DNA from: the human T2T-CHM13v2.0 reference genome, Homo sapiens
Length of the DNA: 64,000 bases
Reading direction: 5' to 3' (one strand)
Assembly: GCF_009914755.1 (NCBI RefSeq)
Contig: NC_060938.1
Shown here: positions 1 through 12,600 of the stretch, piece by piece
Layout: each line of letters starts with the position of its first letter
Position numbering within the stretch: position 1 is the stretch's first letter
Program-made: the position numbers and the translations under genes
The notes under the pieces: model-generated
The model's database searches: none
The model's input: only the letters and a program-made list of their open reading frames with translations
Told to the model about the DNA's origin: nothing

Positions 1-504
1 AATACTAATACAACTTCACCAAGAATTACTTTCAAGCAATTTTTTAACTTTCACAATTCATTTACAAGAATTCCTCAGATTGTGATAATAAAAACAGAGC
101 AACAGTTGAATGCAAAATAAGATTATGAAAACTTTGAAATAAATCATAGTTATTAAACAACTGGCTATATTATTGAATATTTGTGTTAAATGTCACCAAA
201 ACATCCAATGCCTATTGATTGACCAAACTAATAAATAGATTTTTACTTTGGAATTGTAATATAATTCTGAGAGATGATTAGCTATTATTTCCAATAACTT
301 AGAATTATTTTGTAAGAACTCCAACTAATGAAAGCTTTTGACTAAAATGAAGCCTATTATATGCTCCCAAACAATAATGTTTAGAAATATGCTCTATCAC
401 TAGTGAGGAATACAAGCTGTATGTGATGTCCACAGACTTGATCATTTGAATTTTGCCAAGATATTCATTCTTAAATAAAAATATAGTCACTCTAACTACT
501 TAAC

Positions 505-800
505 CTAAATTCTCTTCCCATCAACCAATAGGGGATAAAGTCCAAAGCATTAGAATTATCTATGAGGCTCTTGATATGACTCAACTTTTTGCTCAGTCTC
601 AGCTCCTACCATTTTCATAACACAGCTTCCATGCCAATCATATTTAATAGTTCTTCAAATCCATGATGAGCCCCAAGTATTTAAGATTGGCATATTCTGT
701 CTTCTCTAATTAGATTCCTCTTTCAATACTTATTTTTACAGCTAGAGAATACTTGAGAAAAGTTCAGATGAAATCACACTATTCTTTCTCTTCATCATTT
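505..800 (+). mobile_element. Highly diverged LINE-2 3' fragment
   Basis: 'ggataaagtccaaagcattag...gaggctcttgatatga' resembles the L2 motif 'ggataaagtccaaactccttag...aaggccctt'; boundaries approximate. Confidence 0.4.
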
Positions 801-1148
801 CTATTTCATGATAAGAGTTAATTAGGTTAGCCTCCTGCAACATAAATATTTTATGATAATAATGTTGGGCAAATACATTGTTGAGATTTAAATGTGTGAA
901 TTTATTATGGTAATCCTCATATATATCAATTAATAATTATGGAAATTATACTTACAGATTATGAAACTTGAGGTTAAGGACAATACATAAATCAAACATA
1001 TAATAATGATATAATTAATGTTTGAATCATCTATTTCTGAGGTCAAATTTCTATGCTAAAACCCACTACTTTGCTGTATTTCTACCTAGAACATATCATA
1101 CCATGCATACTTAATGCAAATATTTGTATATGTACATGTTTTTCACAT

Positions 1149-1707
1149 TGTATTAGTGAGGGTTCTCTAGAGGGACATAGCTAATAGGATATATGTATAT
1201 ATGAGAGGGAGTTTATTAAAGAGAATTGACTCACACAATCACAAGGTAAAGTCCCATGATAGGCCACCTGCAAGTTGAGGAGCAAGGAATCCAGTGGTAA
1301 AATAGTCTGAGTCCCAAAATCTCAAAAGTAGGGAAGCTGACAGTGCAGGATTCAGTCTGTGGCCAAAGGCCCAAGAGCCCCTGGCAAACCACTGATGTAA
1401 GTCCAAGAGCCTAAAAGCTGAAGAACTTGGAGTCTGATGTTTGAGGGCAGGAAGCATCCAGCACAGGAGAAAGATGAAGGTCAGAAGACTCAGCAAGTCT
1501 CCTCTTCCATCTTCCCCTGTCTGCTTTATTCTAGCTGTGCTGGCACCTGATTAGATGGTGTCTACACATATGGAGGATGAGTCTCCCTCTCTCAGTCCAC
1601 TGACTCAAATGTTAATTTCCTTTGGCAACACCCTCACAGACACACCCAGGAACAATACTTTGCATCTTTCAATACAATCAAATTGACACTCAATATTAAC
1701 CATCATA
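1149..1707 (-). mobile_element. MLT2A (likely MLT2A2) solo LTR of HERV-L
   Basis: Starts tgtattagtgagggttctctagagggac and ends caatattaaccatcata. Contains 'gaagaacttggagtctgatgtttgagggcaggaagcatccagcac' and 'ccactgactcaaatgttaat', typical of MLT2A. Confidence 0.9.
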
Positions 1708-1934
1708 CATGATATATTTTTGAGCAAAATTTTTCCATGTTTGTTTTCACAGATTCTGAAAACAGTATGTACTTAATAGATGAAATGTGTTAGATCTCCT
1801 CACATCATTATTTCAACCTAAGAAAAAATATATATTATGTATTATGATTATCTTATTTTTTTCACATAGATTACATCAATACGAGTACCACCTTCAAAGA
1901 CAACTATATGAATCACCTTAAAAAGTGCAGCTTA

Positions 1935-2252
<318 letters not shown>

Positions 2253-2769
2253 CTAGGATAAGGGCTGTTTGCATCAGTATTCCACTTTGCTTACTGAAAG
2301 TTATCCAAATGCAGCAAAGTAATAAAAAGGTTAAAATTATAATACATACTTAATTTGTATGGACTCTAGGAGAAAGGTATGAGTCTAAGATGCCAATACA
2401 TTTCTAAATTTATCAAGTGCAGCTCAAATTAAAGCAGTGCTGATAGAAAGAAGTAGAAAGAAAACACACATTGAGAGAGTTCTTTGATGCAAAAGCTCAG
2501 CAGCAACAGATTTAAACACTTGGCAGCAGTAATGTAAAGCTCTGTCTGGTTATTCTCTGCAAACTTACATGGGGTAAACTATCCATCAAGAACAAATACT
2601 AGAGACAGTACAGCAACAATCAGAAATTATCCCTTTTAATGGATTTAAGAAAAGTCAAACTAACATTAAACTGACCAAAGACACAAGAAAAGTAAAACAT
2701 TTTATGGCAAACTCTACACTGTGCTATGCTTTCCTCCTGGGGTGCTTTCTTTTTTATTCTTTTATTTTA

Positions 2770-2890
2770 AAATTGACTTTAAATTTTTAATATTTATGGA
2801 TACATGTTGGTTTTATACATTTAAGGGATACATGTGATATTTTGATACAAGTACACAATGTGAAATCTAGGTAATTGGGATATCTATCTC
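2770..2890 (-). mobile_element. L1MA-type 3' terminal fragment
   Basis: 'ttatggatacat...gatacatgtgatattttgatacaagtacacaatgtg...ggtaattgggatatctatc' is the antisense L1MA 3' end. Confidence 0.7.
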
Positions 2891-3626
2891 CTATAGATAT
2901 TTCCTGATGCAAAGGCAGAACCTAATCAGAAAGCAATGGCTAATTGTATGAAAGCCAGATAGTGGCTTCTGTAGTTTCATGGAGCTAGAAAGATAAAAGA
3001 CAGAACTGGAGAACTTGACATCTAGAAGCTGAGCAGCCAAAATTATGAAAGAAAGGAAGCATAGGGAAGGGGTCTTGACATTCAGAGTAGACTTTTCTCT
3101 TGAGACATTCACCTATTTATAGGCAGCTGACAAAATGTTGAGAGGCCAAACAGAGCTTTGGATTATGTCATTATCATGAGGTGAAGAATTTAGATTTTTA
3201 AGGCACATGTAAGAGAGTGTCAGTTACTCTGGTACAATCCAGGTGTTCAGTTGCGTTTCCTCAAGTACTATACTACAGAAGTAATGACAAGTTAGTGCTG
3301 GACTAGCTTTCACAAACACTGAAACTTAGTACTAAACTCAAATATCACAATAAATGTATCTTCCCCACCTCTAATGCCTAACATAGCGAAACTCTAATGC
3401 CTGATTTAGCAAAATCTTCCCCAACACTACAATGCCTACAGTGTATGAAGATAACATTAAGTAGAGCATTTAAAATTTTAATAAATAATATTTAGCATCC
3501 AATAATAAATTATAAGTTATACATGGAGACAGGAACAACACACACAAACAGAAAGAAATGCAGTTGATTGATAGATAATAAGGTTTGCAGATATGGACTA
3601 TAAAATAATTGTGATTAATATGTTGA

Positions 3627-3990
<364 letters not shown>

Positions 3991-4995
3991 AAGATTTTAT
4001 ATTTTATATGAGAATTGAAATGTAACATATCAAAATGGAAACTATGGAACTAAAAAAATACCTCAATATGAATTTAATAGCAAATTAGATTCAGAGAAGA
4101 ATTAAGAAAACGTAATATAACTCATTGTCAGATTGTAGCAGGAAAAGAGTAAGGAGATAAAAATACAAAAAAAGGAAAAGAATCAAAGAAAGCAGAATCT
4201 TAAAATTACATATAGACACAATGGAAGCTGCAGAAAAATAGCGAAAAGAGTGCAAGCTAGTCAATTCCTGAAGAGATAATGATTAATGGTTTTGAAACAC
4301 CTGAAGGGAGAAATCAAGACACAGATGTAAAAATTACTACAAACATCACCAAAGATAAAAAGAAAGAAAGCCATACCTAAGAATATCACAGTGAGACAAC
4401 TGAAAGTCAAAAAATACGTCAAGTCATCCAGAGAATAAAGACACATTATCTTCAAAGAAGCAGTGATGAAACTGAAGGCTGTCTCACAAAAAAAAGGAAG
4501 AAATGATCAAATCCAGAAGGAATATTTTAATCTTAACAGAGCTGAATGAACATAACTGCCAGCTTAGAAATCTATGCTCAGTGAAAATACAATGATGATA
4601 TATAAATATGTTTTTATCTTTTAAAATGAAGGTGAAATAAAGATGTTTGATTTATAAAGTAATTTGTTGCAAATAGGCCTGCACTAAAATAGAAACTAAT
4701 GAAGTTGTTAAGACAAAAGAAAAATGATCCCAGAAAAATGAAAAGACAGCAGTGTAAGTAAAATTAGAAAATGTAAATATGTGGGTAAATATCAATCTCT
4801 ATTGACTGTACAAATAATAGCATGATGTATGCTGGAGCTGAAATTACAGTTAGAAAATCCGTGACAGGATTAATGCAAATGGGGACAGAATAAAAGGAGA
4901 TAAAAAGTTCTAAACTTCTAGCACTCTCAGGGAAGTGCTAAATGTATTAATTTGCATTAGACTGTCATATGCCAAGGCTGTTGTTAAAAGGTAAC

Positions 4996-5377
4996 TGTCT
5001 TAGTTCATTTTGTGCTGCTATAGCAGAAAACCCACAACTGCACAACTGAGTAATTTATACAAATAGTAATTTATTTTTACATTTCTGGAGGCTGGGAGGT
5101 CCAAGCTTCCAGTACATGATGAGGAACTTTTTGCTGTGACCTCACATAGCAGAAGGTGAAAGGGCAAGAGAGAAGATGAATTCTGTGTCCTCACGTGGGA
5201 GAAAAGCAAAAGGCAAACCCGCTCTTGCGAGCTCTTTTTAAAATGGCATTAATCCCTTCATATGGGCAGTGCCCTCATGTCCTAACACCTCCCTTTAGGC
5301 CTCACCTCCTAACACTGTTGTAATGGGGATTAAGTTTCCAGCACATGAATTGCAGGGGGCACATTCATACCAGAGCA
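4996..5377 (-). mobile_element. MaLR solo LTR (MST/MLT1A-like, probably MSTC/D)
   Basis: tgtcttagttcattttgtgctgctata ... cacattcataccagagca; 5-bp TSD gtaac/ttaac. Confidence 0.88.
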
Positions 5378-5559
5378 TTAACCAATAGTGTACAAACATA
5401 CAGTATGTATAAGAAATCTATAAATGAATAATAAATGAAATATTTTATTAATCCAAATGAAGGCAGGAAAGAAGTTTTGTTTTTTTTAAGTACGATAAAT
5501 TAGACAATCCAAAATTATAAAATTAACCATCAAAATCCAAACACTATTAATTTAGTGCT

Positions 5560-7430
5560 GTATACCATCTCCTTAAACCATACTTCATCTCCAAATAAAG
5601 ACAATAACTAGGTCATAATTCTGCCTAACATTATACAACTATTCTTCATACAACAAAAAACACTTCCCCAGAAAAGTCCTTGAGTGATGTTTACACTTCA
5701 TCTTGGTATCCCATAACTTAAATACCATGAAGTAAAATTGACAGAATTGAAGAATTGACAGTACTTAAATACTTTGATATTAATTCAGTACAACTTATGA
5801 TATATCATAAGGAAATAGAAGAAAAAGTAAATATATTTGCCTATATATATACATATACATGCACACATGAACACATACATATTCATAACAAAATAAGGAG
5901 AGAGTACTCATGGCAAGTAGAGTTCTTATTTCTACAGGTGGTCATGTGGTCATAGCTGGTATTTTTAATAACCTTCTTCTACTACCTATGCTTTACTCCC
6001 TTTGCCTTCAGCAAGTACCATAGCTTGCTGGGGTTCTTTATCTGGTGGAACAATACAAACTAGTATTCCTGAAAGTTATGAGCAATAAGTAGTCATGCCT
6101 GGATTGGGTTGTTGGATTGTTTCATTGACATTAATCACAGGCCATATTAATACTAAGAAATGCTCTAAGGAATCTCCTGTATTTGAAACAGACTCCTTTT
6201 TTAATATTCATTATGAAGTAGGAGTTCAATTTCTCCTTGGTATTTAAGATTAATTACCCCAGTTGGCACAGTAACTCCCTTCTTTGCCATTGGTTCAGAT
6301 GTATAAGGAATCCAAAGTGGCCAGTTAGGAATCATTGTATTATCTCCTGGTGAAAGCATTCTTCCTTTTGGAACTAAGACTTATAGGCCAACAAAGTGTA
6401 AGGTCATGGGAACAGAAAGAAAAATTTTGCTAGTGGATCAAGTATGAGTAAGTGTATCATGTGACAGAAGTGCATATTTCTATACTGATAAATGCACTTT
6501 GATCCAACTTTATATTCCACCTGCATTGACTTAAAACCTTCAGAAACCAGTCCCAGGCATAAATTGGCTTCCTCCAGAACATGTTGGCTGGTCCTCCAGA
6601 GTCTTCAAAACTTATGGCTCCTCCCTTCTCTTAACAAGTAGATATCATCCATAGCTGTATTGTATTGTGACCTGGCTTTAGGTAGGGGCTTTAGAGCTTG
6701 GAGGTAGGAGTTTAGACAAAATTCTTAGAGGAGTACATGTTTTCTTGCAAGGATGACATTTCTGCGTGATCTTTAAGCATGGAGGAATCATATATAAAAA
6801 TAAGAAGAGAGGTATATTGCAGGCTAAGAGGATTCAGATAAATATGTAGGTTAATAGTGATTAGATTCATTGATACATACTTCTCTATCACTTGTCTGAG
6901 GATCCCACATTTCCGAATCCAAACAAGATCTTGCCCAAGAAATTTACCAGATTAGAGAATACACGCTTCTATGGTTTTCTGATACCCTAATAATTAAATA
7001 TTGAACAAAATCCTTAGCTTTTTTTGCCTTCTAGTTGCAGGAAAGAAGAGTTATTTTGTGTGTTTTTGTTTTCAATATGATTCTAAGGTGGGTCTCTAAT
7101 TTTCAAACTCCTTAATCTGGTGAATAATCACTCTCAGATCTTCCCCTGGCCTTCTCCAATGCATTAACCAGCATCGACCACCCAATTCAAAAGTACTTAT
7201 GTTCACTTCCAAACTACACAAAAAGTGACAAGATACAATTATACCAGTATATTTTCATCCATCAATATTTAACTTAGCCCACCCCAATGACAGTTTTAAC
7301 AATTGCACTGCTACAACTTTCTTGGTGCTATTATAACTTCACTAGCACTGGTGAGTGCTAGTGATCCTTATTGACAGCTGACAATGATACTACTCAAAGA
7401 TCTAAAAATATTTTTAAACTCTTAGGCATT
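5560..7430 (-). mobile_element. ERV-L-class internal region, deleted and degenerate (3' untranslated + dUTPase-like + gag-like)
   Basis: 'ggtcatgtggtcatagctggtatt...accttcttctactacc...ccctttgccttcagcaag' matches the antisense HERV-L-type internal 3' region; gag-like text at ~6550-7400. Confidence 0.75.
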
Positions 7431-7434
7431 AACT

Positions 7435-7720
7435 GGCAATGGGTCTGAATTCCTGGGAAACTCTGAGATAAAAATTTTATGTAGGGAGTTTTTTGAGAAG
7501 TGTTTTTGGAGCCAACTGCAAGAGACTGAAAGAATCAGGATTGGTCAGAAGTAGAAATTGAACTGGGAAACAATTGCAATACAGGTCTTATTTAATCTCA
7601 TGGAGAGAAATGGAGCTAAAATATCCCCTCAGAGTTGTTCCCAATTTGAGATAATGAAGCTATGTGTTTGTGTACTGCATATTAGCCAGTCACTGGATAT
7701 GGGCTTCCCCTGGAGAAACA
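7435..7720 (-). mobile_element. LTR16/LTR33-like ERVL LTR fragment (probable 5' LTR of the adjacent internal region)
   Basis: 'ttcctgggaaactctgagata...caggattggtcagaagtagaaattgaactg...cctcagagttgttcccaattt...cagtcactggatatgggc'. Confidence 0.65.
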
Positions 7721-7739
7721 GCACTTCATTAAAAATAAT

Positions 7740-8330
7740 ATTAAAATTAAACATAAAAAGGGCGCTCAACTTTATTAGTCATAGGGTAAATGCAATTAAA
7801 CTTACAATGAGACACCAGTACACACCACAAGAATGGCTAAAATTAAAAAGGCTGACACACCAAACGTTGTCAGGAATGTAGCTCAATTACCAAACCTTAT
7901 ACACTGCTGATGTGAGAGTAAAATTGAACAAACACTTTTAAAATACTTGGCAATATGCATGAAAATCGGATGAATGCATACCGAATGACTCAACAACAGT
8001 TTAATTTAAGATACAGACCCAAAAGAATTGTATTCATATATTTACCAAAATACATATAATAGGATGTGTTCAACTACATTATTTATAATACCACCAAACT
8101 TCAAAGGACCTTAAAACCATTCATCAGTTGAACTGACAAATAGATGTTGGTATATTCACATGAATGCATATCTGACTTAGATAAATGAGAATCAATAATC
8201 TACAATGACACATGACAATATAGATGATTCTCACAAACATGTTGAACAAAATAAGTCAGATATAAATGCATAATGTGCAATTCCATTTATATGAAGTACA
8301 AGTAAGTTTATGCTGTTAGATATAGAAAAA
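7740..8330 (+). mobile_element. Old L1 (L1ME/L1MC-type) 3' region
   Basis: 'tcatagggtaaatgcaattaaacttacaatgagacaccag...agaatggctaaaattaaaaaggctgac...ttccatttatatgaagt'. Confidence 0.75.
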
Positions 8331-8448
8331 TAACAGTACAACTAAAAGATAAAAGGCACTATGATACTATTTTTTTTAGTTATGAGCTTGGCAAAATTCC
8401 AAAGTTTAGTTACTAGTCTTAAAGAAAGGTTTGCCCATAATGTATGAA

Positions 8449-8603
8449 AGTGGTTTCTCTCAATCAGCATGTATAAGTATTACCTGTAGTACTAGGTAAA
8501 TATGGACTCCTGAGTCTCAACTCTGGAAATTTGGATTCAGTAGGTCTGAGGTTTAGGTAATATTTTGCATTTCTAACAACCTGCCAGATGTTGCTGATGC
8601 TGC
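8449..8603. mobile_element. MER5A-like hAT-Charlie MITE
   Basis: 'ggattcagtaggtctgagg...tttgcatttctaacaacctgccagatgttgctgatgctgc'. Confidence 0.7.
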
Positions 8604-9654
8604 CTCAGACTCAATTTAATTTCTAATAATTTATTTTATAGCCATGCACTTGTGAATGTTTGTATCAGAAAAAAAATTACAAAAGCTGAAGTAATCATTC
8701 TTTTAAAAATATTGTTTGAATGAGAAATGCATTCACAATTACAAAGTTTAATTTTTTAATTATGAAAGGCTGTGTAGTGAAAATTTCACTCACGTAGATT
8801 TTCCCCAACTATTCTGCCCCTAATCCTTCCAATTCTTCACACAAAGCAAGTAATCATTGTTACTATTTTTAATACCTCTGTTCATAGACTTTTAAAAAAT
8901 GAGAGCAAATATAAACATGTTTTATGTTTATACCCTTTAATAGGCAAATTTATGAATACTATAAAGAATGGTAACTTGGTTTGTTTTAATCCTCATGAGT
9001 GTGATTACATTTCCCATTAGAAAAATAACCTTTTTAAAAGGATGATTATTGTAACTTTAGTAATTAGTCCCTTTACTTAGATATTTAATTAGACTTAATT
9101 AGAAACATCAAAATGTTCCAAATGTTTTCAGAGTCAGCACTCTCTTTATTCAGTGCCAGATATTTGTTGATATTCAGTATCATCTACTATAAGAATATAA
9201 ATACTCATGATTTATCACCCATTAGTTCTTGCTAGTAGGATTGTAGTTAATCCTAATCAAGGAGAGATATCACAAAATATTGAGAAAATGGAAAAAGTCA
9301 TTATTCTCTGAAGCACCTCAGGCAAGGACATAGGTTTCAGCTAATGGCCAATGAGAGATTGTACCCATAATTTTAAGGGTTCTACTAGGACCACTTTGGA
9401 ATTATATGCAACTGGGAAAAGTGGAAGGCTCCATGCAAATCTTGCTTTTCCAATTCTTACAAAATCCCAGACCTTACCTTGTCAGATTTTCTAACAGGGA
9501 AACGTTAAGTCGTCATTTCCCTATATTAATCCACTTGCTCTAAGTAGCTAGAGAGACTTCTGTTTCTTGACTGAACCTTGAATGATACCTGTAGATATAC
9601 AAATCCAATCTCTCTTTGTTCTATAAAAGTAGCGTTTTGTTTGTGTTTTTGTTT

Positions 9655-12600
9655 TCTTCCATATGGCAGATTAGAGGTAGTGTTAGCAGGCCTCTCACTC
9701 TTGGAAGAACAAAATAATGTGTAGAAATTCACACCAGGAACCTTTTTCCAAGCAGCAACACAGGAACTTAACAGAAAACTGAAAGACTCTACAGACCCTT
9801 TGAATGAATGGAAGACAGCAGACTACACTGTGAGACAGGTGAAACAATGTAAGTCCCTAGAGAGTGAGAGGGGGAGATAGTGCCTCCAGGATACACATCC
9901 CCAATGGGGAATCTGAAAATCCAGATTTTCAGATCTGGGGAAAGGCCTTAACCCTACCCAGAGCTGGAACTGATTTAGGGAGTGGCACGAAATACAAAAG
10001 CAGAGGCAATGGCAGGAAGTGCCATGCAGGTATTTCCAATCTCCGGCATGAACCAAGGGAAGCCATTCCTTATTTTATCTCACAGGGAACCTTGGTGGTT
10101 AGCCAACTAGCTCAGGTGGGGGTCAGAGGTTGAAAGAAGCTCCCAACTGAATTTTGCAATATATTCTCAAGTGGGAATGAACTCCCTTTGCAAGAACCCA
10201 GGGTGCGAGGGGGATATGTGATGCAGACATGAGCACAGGAGCTGCCCCGGCCTTGTAAGTGGATGGGGAAGGGTGTGGACAACAAATCACAGTTGCTATC
10301 TCCAAGAGGAAAGCTTGTGGCCTGGGAAAGCTCTGAGTTCTTAGTTCAGACTGCTAGAACTTTGCCTTGTGCTGTTAGCAAAGCACTGTGGGAATGAGAC
10401 CAGCCTTGTCAACTGCATGGGAGCTGGGTGAGGCTTACTGCTGCCTGCTACTCTCCACTCCCTGTGAGAATTCTTCTGTGCAGCAGAGACAGTTATATTC
10501 CCCTCTGGAACATTACCTCAGACACTGGAGAATCCCACCCAGACCCACGTAGGGGCTGCTGCTTGCACTGCATATGGAGAGTCAGAGCACAGACCTACCT
10601 GACCCAGCCTTCACTTGTGTCTCTCCATCAGCCCTCATAGCTTAAAAGAAATACATAAATTTTGGGGAGCATTATGGCCCAGCTCATTGCCTGAGAAACC
10701 AGAATACCTCCCCTGGGCAACATAGGGCAAGCTCAAATTCCACTGCTGCTACTGCAGCTGGTGCTCTTTTGCAGGCACCACCTCCTTGCTGGAGGTCAAC
10801 TGACACAGTTCATTACAGAATCTCTGCGTAGAATAACACTGTGCCCAGAAAGGAGAAAACTGATGTGTAACCTCAGCTATCACTATTGCTAGCAGCACGC
10901 TGGCCAACCAGAAGTCCTTAGTCTGTCCACGTGACAAATACACTACTATTACAACCAACATTTAAGAAAGCTAGCAGACTAAGTCTATCTACAACCAAGG
11001 AACCTACCAGAGTCTATATCACTCCTCTGCCACTCCCATCAGAACTGATACTAGTACCTGCTGCTGGGAAACTTGAAGACTGGTCACATCACCAGATCCC
11101 TTGCAGACATTCTCCAGCACCAGCTTGGAGTGTAGCAGCCTCACTGGGTGGCCAAAACCAGAAAAGCAATAGCAACCACTATAGTCTGGCTCTCAGGAAC
11201 TCCTACTCCTATGGAAAAGGGGAGAGCACTATATCAAGAGAACACCCCATAAGACAAAAGCATCTGGATGGCAGACCTTGTGTCCTAGATCTTTCTGCTG
11301 GTGTCAAGTTTCTTTTAGCAGAAACACAACTGCAGTGTTGGGCTCAGCAGGAGAAGTCTGCACCTTTACCCCAACAGTCAGGCAGCCTTGATGCTTGTGA
11401 ACAGTCTTGAAGGAGTCTTCTTTTGCCCCCTCACCCACCAATACAGACACAACTGGGGCTTCTCTCACAAGAGCTCGGTATGGGCGCGCCTATAGGCAGC
11501 CTTTCTGGAACATTTCAGGGAGACTGCGTTTCCACAGGAGGAGCACCCCCTGAGTTCAGACTTGCACAGGAGGCAGACTCACAATTCCTTTCCAGTTGGA
11601 ACAGCAACATTCCTACAGACAAAAACAGGTGCCTGTCTGATCTGAATAGCCAAAACACTGGGACACGAGTGAGGCTGGGAGGTGGATAGCTTTCCTGCTG
11701 GCCTTGCAGAAGAGCTGAAGTAGCTTTCATCCTTCACCCTGGTAAAACCTCAGTGCATCTAACTGGGAGCTTACCAGCCACTTTCATCAAAGCTTGGACC
11801 TCTGCCCACCATTGGGTATTGCATCTACCCACCTGCTTTAGCTACAACCAGTTCCGACCCAGAGATACCACCCTTATTGGCTTAAAGCCTAAACTATCAA
11901 CTCAGCAAATTAAATATTGGATAAAAATTAACTAAATAAAATGTAAATACAACAGAAGAACAGGATAAGCTTCAAGAGACCTCTGTCAACCCAACCCCAT
12001 AGGACACAGTGAACTTGCCCACACACCAAGTAGGTAGCTACTAAACCCAGCATCTGAGAAAGCCATCATACAGATACTCTATAACCAAAGAACTCACAGA
12101 GTTTTCACAGTGAAAAGCACCAAGAACCAAATTAGACTATAAAAAGTATAAACATTAAAGTCACATCCTTAAAAAGGAAAAAAAGAAATTAACAAAAACA
12201 GCCAAATAAAAAACAAATTCAAGAGCAATTAGAAGAAATAGTCTATGCAAATGAGAAGGAACCAGAAAAGTAATTCTGGCAATATGACAAAACAGAGTTC
12301 TATAACACCTTCAAAAGATCACACAAGTTCCCCAGCAATGAATCCAAACCAAGATAAAACCTTTGAAGAACCAGATAAAGAATTTAGGAGGTAGCTTATT
12401 AAGCTACTCAAGGAAAATACCAGAGAAAGGTGAAAAATAACATTAAAAAATTAAAAAAAAAAAACCAGTTCAGGATATAAGTAAAAAAATTTTTTCAGAG
12501 AGATAGGAAAAGAAATAAACTACAACAAAAAATCAGAACTGCTGGAAATGAAAGACACACCTAGATAAATACAAAATTCAATGGCAAGTTTGAACAGTAG

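Noticed and set aside
1548-1680. DUX4-like sites in the MLT2A LTR (rc CCATCTAATCA at 1548-1558; CAATACAATCA at 1670-1680)
   Set aside because: Each has two mismatches to TAAYYYAATCA, so I cannot support a functional site.
9620-9660. TSD for the first L1PB
   Set aside because: The 5' flank (aaaagtagc) and 3' flank (aaaagagag) match too poorly to call.
10931-11410. 159-aa ORF in the L1PB 5'UTR
   Set aside because: GTG start, no recognisable domain, and it lies in a higher-GC repeat region where stops are rarer.
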